A stretch of 64,000 bases of DNA. Origin: the human T2T-CHM13v2.0 reference genome, Homo sapiens. Of this stretch, positions 54,216 to 64,000 are shown piece after piece; the stretch's first letter is position 1; the number at the start of each line of letters is the position of its first letter. Under the pieces are notes generated by a model. It ran no database searches and was not told the DNA's origin. It worked only from the letters and a program-made list of their open reading frames with translations. The position numbers and the translations under genes are program-made. Location of the stretch: assembly GCF_009914755.1 (NCBI RefSeq), contig NC_060929.1; one strand, 5' to 3'.

Positions 54216-57200
54216 AATAATTTCCTTTCTTTGGGTTTAATGGTTTTCCAACAAGGGTAAAGGGCAGAGATGGGGAGGGAAAGAGAAGAGGACAGAAGGC
54301 AGCATATTAAAATCATCTAAGAAGCTTTTTTTTTTTTTAACACACATAGACTTCCTCCTCCGTGGAATAAATATTAGAAGTTGAAGAATACCATCTATTA
54401 TCAGGAGGCTGTACGTACTTTGCAAATGTTCCCCAAATGATTCTGATATGCATTGCCTCCCAAGCATATTACCCCTGAGAACCTCTTCTCTTGATAGATT
54501 GGGTCCTAGGAGTCTGTTTTCAATAAGCAAAGCAGTGATTCTTGTGACCAGGTAAGTTTAACAAGCACAGCCCATGTCTGCAACAGTAGGAACTTTCAGC
54601 ACTGTGGCAGTGCAACGTGGGATAAATATTACTCTAGGAAAAACTATTTTCTGACCTTTTATTCACATCTCCCCAGTCCCCTGTCAGTGCCAGACACTAG
54701 GGATAGCAAGTACCTTCCCAATCCTAATAAATTAAACCAACAATTAAGATTCCCAATTCCCCTGCCTTTGGTGGGGATTCTGGTCCATCAGAAGGGATCC
54801 CCCTCTTATATCAATAGCAAAGGGCTACTCATTTTGTTACAGTTAGGACCAAATCATACTCGTTCTACATATTAGTCATGAAATAACCTGCTAAGTGGAT
54901 GCCTAGATGTGGTCCTCTATGGCTGAAAAGTCCTTTAGCTCTTTCCAATTCAGTGATTATAAGACTATACCCCCCAACCTGAAGCACATTGTCATTCTTT
55001 ACTCAGTGGGAGTTTTTCCATTCTTGGAAGAAGGTAGGAAATATGAAAAAAAAAAGCATTTGTAGTCACCTCCTATTGATTTATTTTACTGATTGTCAGG
55101 TTTACCCCTGAAAAAGATCAGATTGCTGATGTAAAGGCTAAAGCTTCCTACGGTTGTTAGAAGAAAGACAGGTTTGTAGATGGGAGAACATGGAGCTTCA
55201 AGAAAATTAAGGCAACCATCCATTGCAGGGCCACTGTCCACTTTTCGAATGTCAAAAACATTCCTAAATCTGCCTAGCAAATTGCTTGAAATTCCTAATA
55301 TTTTCCAGCATTTGTGGACAAAACCTTCAGCATTTCTATGAAGACATATTCATCACGAGAACATGTTTCTTGAGAGAAGAAGGTGACTATGAGGACTTTA
55401 GTTGCCAAGTATATGGGGTAGGTTTGGCAGTGACATCAGCGATTGGAGCCATGCTCCTGGTGGGAGCCACATGCTGGCACAGAGGCTGCAGGAATTGAGT
55501 GGCTTGAAGTCTATGGGCTACCTGTCCATAGCAGGCCATTTTTAAAAAGGCCTACCCTGATTTCCACACCAGCTGCCCACATCCCCACTGCCCCCACCTC
55601 CTCAATGTCCCATCCTTGGGGGTCTCTCAGACATGACTGGTTACAGAACAGTTTCCCATACAGAAAAGAGCGTGATATTTCTTCAACACTTTACAGAGGC
55701 AAAGTAAAGCACGATAGGAAATGGAGCTGTTTTCTCGTGACTCTTCCACACATTTACTGAGCATCTACCATGTGTGAGGGAATGTTCTGGGTGCCAGATA
55801 ATTGAAGACAAACATACCATAGACCCTGCCACCAGGAAGGGCACAGCCTCACTCAAACGGGAGGGAAATGGCAACACTTAGCCACCCACCATAATGAACT
55901 TTTAAGGATGCCAGTGAGTTCCAGCACAGATGGGCTCCCTTGCCCTGCCTTGGTCACCTGTGAATGTGAAGCATGGCCAGCCCCTCGAACTACAGTCTTG
56001 CTCTGGAATATGGACGCCTGTCCACAGATGGCTCCTTCTGAACAGCCAGTAGGGGTTCCTGTCACTTTTCAAACCATGAAATAATGTATGTCCTCTAACT
56101 GAAACAAGCAACTTCAACTAAAGGAGGTACATTAACAGTCTTTTTTCTCTCTCTCTTTTTTTTTGCCTGTCCAATAAATACGCAGAAGTTCAAGGTGAGA
56201 AATTTAATTAAATTTCATAACAACTCACTGGAATCATAGGCAAATGTACCAAGAGGGAACGAAAGAGGGGAGGGATGGGAAGGGAAAGGAAGGTAAGGGG
56301 AGGAGATGGGAAGAGAGAGAAAAGAAGGGGAGAGAGAAAAGGTAGGACTGCTAAAATATGCCAGGTTCAGGTGCACACAAAAAGCAAATGTTGTCTTTCT
56401 CTTCTTGATAGTTCCACAGAATCTCATTTTCCCAGGAATTCAAGTGAGTTGGCGAGGAAAGGAATAGGGCATGATGAAGAGAAACACTGGAAGCAGGTGC
56501 ACCAGGAAGCTATTTTGAATTTCTGCAGTCATGAAAGGATCCTTGGATTATAGCCTTGAGAAAGAGACGGGCTATTCAACAGGAGGAAGTGGCTTTCACC
56601 ATAAGCAAACCTATTACCAAAAACCCTACTTTCCACCTGTAGACCACTTGGCAGTTACTAAAGCACATGCGCACACATTCACCTTTGTTCTTCCCATAAC
56701 TCTGTAAAAAGGGGCTGGGCAGGTATCCCATCCTCTTTCGTTCAGATGCAGAAACTGAGTTTCCTCCACATCTTCTGGCTGTTCCCACAGCAATTTTTCC
56801 ACAGTGCTCAGCAGAGGTTCTTCCCTTCCCAGGAGTCTAAGAATCTCCCTAACAGTGAAATCCCAGCTGGCCAAAAATGTGAGTCAGGGTACAGAAATCT
56901 GAACCACATCCACATACTCAGGATCACACGGATTCTGTACATCAAAGCATGATTTTCCTCTCTGAGTCATGATTGGGATCTATGAGAACACGGGAGGTTT
57001 CATAGGCTGTGGACATTGTGTGAATTCCCTAGGGGACAGAAAGGTCTCTCACACACACTCAGCAAGGAGAGAGCCTGACGGCTGCTGTGTCCCAGGCCCA
57101 AGGCCTCAAAGACCCAGAGAACCAGCTGCTGTCCCACCATGGATGTCTATGAAATAGGGACACAAATACAGCTGCCAATGAAACTCCAGCAGCAGATGCT

Positions 57201-58140
57201 GCCCACACATGGCCTCCCCCAGGGCTGAGAGTGAGCCATCTCCAAGGAGAGGTTGGAGATGGAACAGCCACCATTGTCCATGCCTCACTGCTTAATACAC
57301 AGTCTGCTTTTAGGGTCTCTAGACCGCTCTCAGGGTCTCTTCTTTATTCTGTCAGAGAAAAGCCAAGGGAGGTTTCTGCACTTCCCTCATTGGTCTCTCT
57401 GGAGGAAAGCAGAAGCTAATAACCCTGCCCAAGGAGGAAAATGGCTAGTGGCTGCATAGAGTACCTCAACAGCAGTCCCAGCAGGTTTAAAAATAAATGA
57501 TGAATGTGTTAGCAACATCAGTGCTTTGATAGAAACACACACAGCGTTCTTGACAGTCCTTGGCACTTCAGAGCTGTGGCTGGCTTTTCTTTAATTTTGA
57601 AATTACTTAGTGTCCCTGACAAATGAACAAACACAGGGGAAAGTCCATTTCCCCACAGTGCTCTCAAGTTCGTTCTTGGCATGGAAGCGCCATGTGGTCT
57701 GCAGCCTCTTCTTTCTAAATGGACAGTTCAAGCCTGCCTCTCATGGATTTACTTTGCCTAAGAATACAACAGTGTTGATTGCCAAAGTATCTTAAAGCAA
57801 ATCCGCTATCTCATGTCATTTCACCCCGAGACTACACTATGAATCCTTAAAATTACGGACCTTTTCAAACATAACCACAATATTATTATCACACCTAACA
57901 AGGTTATAGAACAATTCCTGGGTGTTATCTAATAGATTATCAAATTTTGTAGTGTTCTTTAAAAAAAAAGTCTCTTTACAGTTCATCCATTCGAATCAGG
58001 TGCGGCCAGAGTCCACACATAGTATTTAGTTGTTTTATCCTTAAGTCTGTTTTCTTTTAGAGCAGTTCCATCTCCCTTTTTTTCCTGCCATTGGCTAATT
58101 GCAGAAACCAGTTGATTGTCCTTTAGAATGTCCCACATCT

Positions 58141-58737
<597 letters not shown>

Positions 58738-59795
58738 AAGAATACTGAATAGGTGGTGCTGTGTTCTTCCTGTTGCATCCCACAGGAGAAACCCCTAATG
58801 TCTGGTTCTTGCACATTTAGTGATGTTAACATTGGTCAGAGGGTTGCATGGTGATTGCCAGTCCCTCCACTACAGAGCATGCGGTCACACTCTCATGATG
58901 AAAGCAATCTAGCCAGATCTAAAACCACTCCAGGAGATGGAGGACAAGGCCTCTGAGCTAAGCTCCACACCTGATTTCTTACCCCACCCAGGTCACAGCT
59001 ACTCACATGCACAGCAGCATGGCTGGCCAGTACCTCTTGACTCTCAGCAAGAATTAGATGTCTGGTAGTTATTGAGTTGGATGTTCAGGCTTAAAATATA
59101 AAAGTCTCCAATGAAAACATCCTGGGCAATATGAGGTACTGGGAATTTTGAGATTCTCAACCTGACCCTGATATTAATATGCTCTGTAATGCTAGGCAAG
59201 TCACCTAAACTTTTCTGAATCTCCAACTGTAAAATAAGGGAGTTGGTCTCAATCTCTTTCAGCTCTAAATTCCTGTAAGATATATTTTATTAATCCCTTA
59301 TACATATATCCTTGCTGTGCCTAGATGCCTTAAAAATTTTTTTTAACAAAAACAAGGACTACTAAATAAAAAAAGAACTAGGAAAAGTGTTTATCCAAGC
59401 CAATCAGATTTTTATCACCTGGGAATTAGAAATTTGTACTTCTATGCAGTGACCTATATAATAGGCAGCTAAGCCACTTTAATGGAAATTCTCTAGAGAA
59501 AATGTCCATGAATGCTTGTTTCTTTGGTCCCTGAAATTTCTGAGTCTTAGTTGTTAAGTCTGTCTGTGGTTCCTTGAGATACCCCAGATATCCTTCCAAA
59601 CCACCCAATCAATTCCACTCTTTTTTATTTCCTTTTCTTTTTTTTTTTTTTGGCCTTAGGATAGCGAAGTTGGTATCTGTCATTTGATATAAAGGAAGCT
59701 TTACTAATACCCATCCTCCAAGCCTAACTCAGATCCCTATACTCCTTGAAGACTGTTAGGCTGCATTGACCCTAGTGATGTCTCTTTGTCCATAG

Positions 59796-60165
<370 letters not shown>

Positions 60166-61553
60166 TGCTTTCACTTTTAAGTCCGCTAGATTGGTAGCAA
60201 AGGGACCCCGTACTATAGAGTCAATTGCTTGATACCATGAATGTGCATGTCACGTAACTGGCTCCCCTACTTCATCCAGTGCCCATTTGAGAAAATTAGA
60301 TAGGACTAAAATTCTGTCTGAAAAGTACTGGTTTTCCTTGACCTCGTGATAATATCTCTACAGTTTACATAATTGACATCCAATTATTGAATTTGGTGGG
60401 CTTATTATACTTTTTATCCCTCAAAGAGCCTGGCACAAGTGTTAAGCACAGGTGATGTTCAGCAGATATGTGTTGATTCAACACCTGCCACTGCAGCTAT
60501 CTCTGACCCTGTGTGGAGCAATGATTGGCAGAACAGACTGACACTTGGTTATCAGGCTGTTTCCATAGGCACAGAACAAAAACAAGAAGATAGTATCCTT
60601 GAAAAGCCAGTCATAGCCTCTTCTCTATACTTGCAGTCCTGCACATAAGGGACAACTTGGTGAGCAGAGTGTGAGCCGAACTCCAACTCCACTCAACCTT
60701 TGGCTGGTGTTATTGCTCAGTGCACAATCTGGACAACTGAACATGGTTTACTTGTGGTTCCCCTGGACTGGCACAGAAGTCAATCTCCCAAGGTAGCCTT
60801 CTGAAAGGAGCCTGTGTCCTCTGTTGTCTCTTTCCCATAGCACTCCCTAAACATCAAGCACAACAGCAGGCACTGAGTTCTGGGAACCAGGCTTAGTGTC
60901 CATGAATTTGCCTTCATTCGGGATGTGTGCCACAGTGGATCACTGGGGTTTCATCTGCCTCAGGACTTTGGCCTCTTGGCCACCACGGCTCTTCCTCAAT
61001 TACGGCTATCCAATTTATCTCCAGTGTGTTTCAGATAAAGGACTAATCTTATTTTATTCCTTGCTAAAAATTTCTGTTCACAAATACAAACAAGAAACAT
61101 GAGCTCTAACTATTTGGGACCATGGACAGATAAGGTTTGTGTGTAATGAGGCTGAACACTTAAAATCATGGGTGAAGGTCAGACCCCCCAACAAAATGAG
61201 AATCTGTTCAAAATGTTAAAGCAAAATATCAAATGTTCCCATAGAATAAACTTTATTTTTTTGATTACTTAAGAATAATCTTCTGAATTGCTTAAAATAG
61301 TTTAAAACCCTGAATTTGATTAAGCAACCAGGAACAGATGTTTTAGAGAGTGAAGTTTCTTAAAATCTGGATGGGCTATAAATATCGACATAAATGGAAA
61401 GTTATCTAGTCACATTTTTTAAATTGAATTTAAGATTTTTTGAAATGAGAGACTGTATTGGATTATTTTACCCAAACTTTTTTTTCTTATTTGTTTAATG
61501 TATTTCCACATGAAGCTCCATATCCACATATTCAATTTAATATCCACAGCAAC

Positions 61554-62246
61554 TCAGGGAAGTGGGGGAAAGCCGGCAGTCACAGGCCTCACTCAGCTCC
61601 CATGCAAACTGAAGGGCCAATCTCACTCCCACCGTGCCCCCACCAACAATCCCAAGTCTGTTCCCAGGCGAAGGGCGAGATGGGCTTGAAAATTTGCCCA
61701 AGACCATCTTCCTCCCAGCTGTGAGAGAAAAGGGCTTTAGTTCTTCCCCCCTCCCCGCCTGTGAAGTCTGCATGCCCGATTTGCACTCTCCCGCAAGTTC
61801 TGGTCAGGAGGCTTCTCGCCGCTTTCAAATTGTTACAAAGTTCAGCTAGAGAATTCCTCCTCCCCGTGGAGTTTACCCCCTGCTCCTCTGCCCACCCTCC
61901 CCATGAATCCCTGTGGTGCCCAGCGGGAATGGGCTGCTTGAGGACCCAGGGAGCTCCCAGGGCCTTCCTGTTGCTTCCTCTACCTCTGTATTTCGCTCGG
62001 CTCACTAACTTGACTCAGTTCCAAGTAAAGTCGGAAACTTCTCCCGCAAACAGACCTTCAGCTTCTCCAGTGGAGGTGTGTGCTTGGGAGAGGAGGGTCT
62101 CCCTTTCCCACTTCCGCAGCTGGGGCACTCACAGTATTTGGGGTGTCTCTTCCGGTCCTGCAGGAGAAGTCCGCTTCCTTCAGAGGGTCTGTGGGGCCTC
62201 TTGGGATTGCTGGTTTGTTCTTGCAGTCGATCTGGAGCTAAAATTC
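61554..62246 (-). mobile_element. Isolated L1PBa-type 5'UTR fragment
   Basis: Minus strand 'gaattttagctccagatcgactgcaagaacaaaccagcaatccc...cacagaccctctgaaggaagcggac...gtgactgccggctttcccccacttccctga' matches the L1PB 5' region as I remember it. No ORF1 or ORF2 follows. Confidence 0.8.
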
Positions 62247-64000
62247 CGGTCCTCATTACTTCAAGAGTGGAGAGTGGAGGTTGCGCAAGCAGGCAAGATG
62301 GTGCTGAGCCGGTGAGCGGAAAGCCAGCTGCATGCCTGGGAAGATTCTGGTTTTCTGCACCCAGCCTGCTGCAGGAGCTTATTCTCATCCTGCTACACTG
62401 ACTTCTCTCTGTATAGCTCTGCCACTCAATTAAGTAAATCAAATATGCACTGTCTGCTGGCAATGGAGACCGAGGTGCAGGTAGGCACGGCACTTCTTCC
62501 TACGCTCCATTTTCCTTGGAAACCGGCACTGTGGATGGCACATCAGTAGCAGAACCAGCAGCAGATGCCTGTTAAGATGTGAATGTATCTCAGCAGCCCT
62601 TGATATGGCAGGCATCTGAGGTACACACCTGAGTATCTTCCTCTATCTGCAAGGGGCCAGCGGGGGAGATCGCTGACTCCAGAACTTAAGAGTAGGAAAG
62701 TGGTATGATCTCCAGCACTATGAATCACATCCTGAGCTGTCATCAGTGAAAAATAACTCCATCGGCAGCTTGAAATACTCCTCAAAGGACAGTTCCCTGA
62801 TGATGTCCTTTTTCTCCCAGAGACCCCATTATTTACATATTTTAAAAATTAATTAAAAAGTGACCAAGTTTTTTTAAAAAAGACATTTGAAAAGTTTGTT
62901 CATTTCAAGCAGCTGGTCACAAGAACAGACTTACGTGTACAGCAAAGTCTGGATTTTATTTGGAAACTACATGCATAGCAGAGGAAAGCTGGAAATAATT
63001 TCTCTATAGTTCTGGCTGTAAAAGCATCACAGGACCCATGGGCTGAAAGATTCCAGTAAATCTAATCTGCAAGCATCTGCCCTGGCACCCAGTGTGCTTA
63101 CAAATGGCACTGCCCTACCTGTAAAGAGACGGGAATCATTAGGCTGGCGAATTCAGTGATTGGAAATGTCTCAATATATTATAATACACCAACCCAGATA
63201 GAAATCCCTGTGGGAACAACAACAAAAAAGTGTTGCTCTCACCAAATGCCCCACGATGTAGTGCACTAAAAGACAAGAGACATCTGGAAAAGGTGGCAGA
63301 AATATTAAAAATTACCAAATTCCAGAATCCCTACGTCAAATGAAAAAAAATTTTAAATCGAAAAATAAATCTATTCACGTAGCACTGAAACTAGGAAATA
63401 GTCTCATTTCATACGAACAACCTTAAGAAATGTCATTCAGAAGCACAAAGGGACTCCAGCAACTACGCTCCTCAGAGGAGCGGTGGTGAATGGACAGACT
63501 CCTCAAGCTCTGGCTATACTCCCAATGTGGAGGAATGGGGGAGCTGGGATGTGGGAGCCATTCTTCCTCTCTGTCAGTAAGAGCCACCTCAGCCCAAATG
63601 TGGAGGGTTTTGAAAATTCGCCACTATACTCCCCACTGGTAGAAGTAAAAGCTGAAGGGAATGAAGGAACAAAGTGCCTGAGGCCGATTACTTCACACAC
63701 AATTAAATGCTGGCCTAAGCTGAGAACAAAGCCCAGGCAAAAAAATACTTAGAAATTCCATTTGGAGAGCCCCACTCTGAAGAGTCCATTCTCTCTTCCA
63801 TTGTGATAAATAGAATCTTTCTGGGCACATGAAGAAATGCTGGAATTTGCAACTTTTATTTTCTGCTGTCCATACAAGAGAAAAAACTCAAGCAAATGCC
63901 CAAAGATGTGTGTGCAACAATGTTGCCTGTGGCATTGTTTGTAACATCTAAGTCTCATCTACAGGGACACCAATAGGACAATAGATCATGGCACATACGT

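Noticed and set aside
61589-62493. Longest ORFs in the track (184, 162 and 138 aa, overlapping)
   Set aside because: They lie in the GC-rich L1PB 5'UTR fragment, are open on both strands because of low stop density, and show no recognisable domain.

Overview
Primate (almost certainly human) genomic DNA that is nearly all intron. The only convincing coding sequence is a 145-bp minus-strand exon at 19271-19415 ([48 protein letters not shown]). I recognise it as a prodomain exon of ADAMTS12 (exon 3, chr5p13), so positions >19415 are intron 2 and <19271 are intron 3. The rest is a typical mammalian repeat landscape: Alus, L1s, MaLR/ERVL LTRs, hAT/mariner DNA transposons, MIR/L2 and microsatellites. 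Almost every other ORF in the track is repeat-derived or chance. I found no evidence for a new multi-gene system. The best leads are: (1) read-through of the weak exon-3 donor to a stop with an adjacent poly(A) signal, giving a prodomain-only isoform; (2) an orphan, CpG-retaining L1PB-type 5'UTR in sense orientation in intron 2; (3) oppositely oriented Alus bracketing the exon; (4) a 21-bp hairpin that pairs fully only on the transcribed strand; (5) several templated-insertion or template-switch scars, including a MADE1 that captured local sequence. Repeat subfamily calls come from my memory of consensus sequences, and repeat boundaries are approximate.
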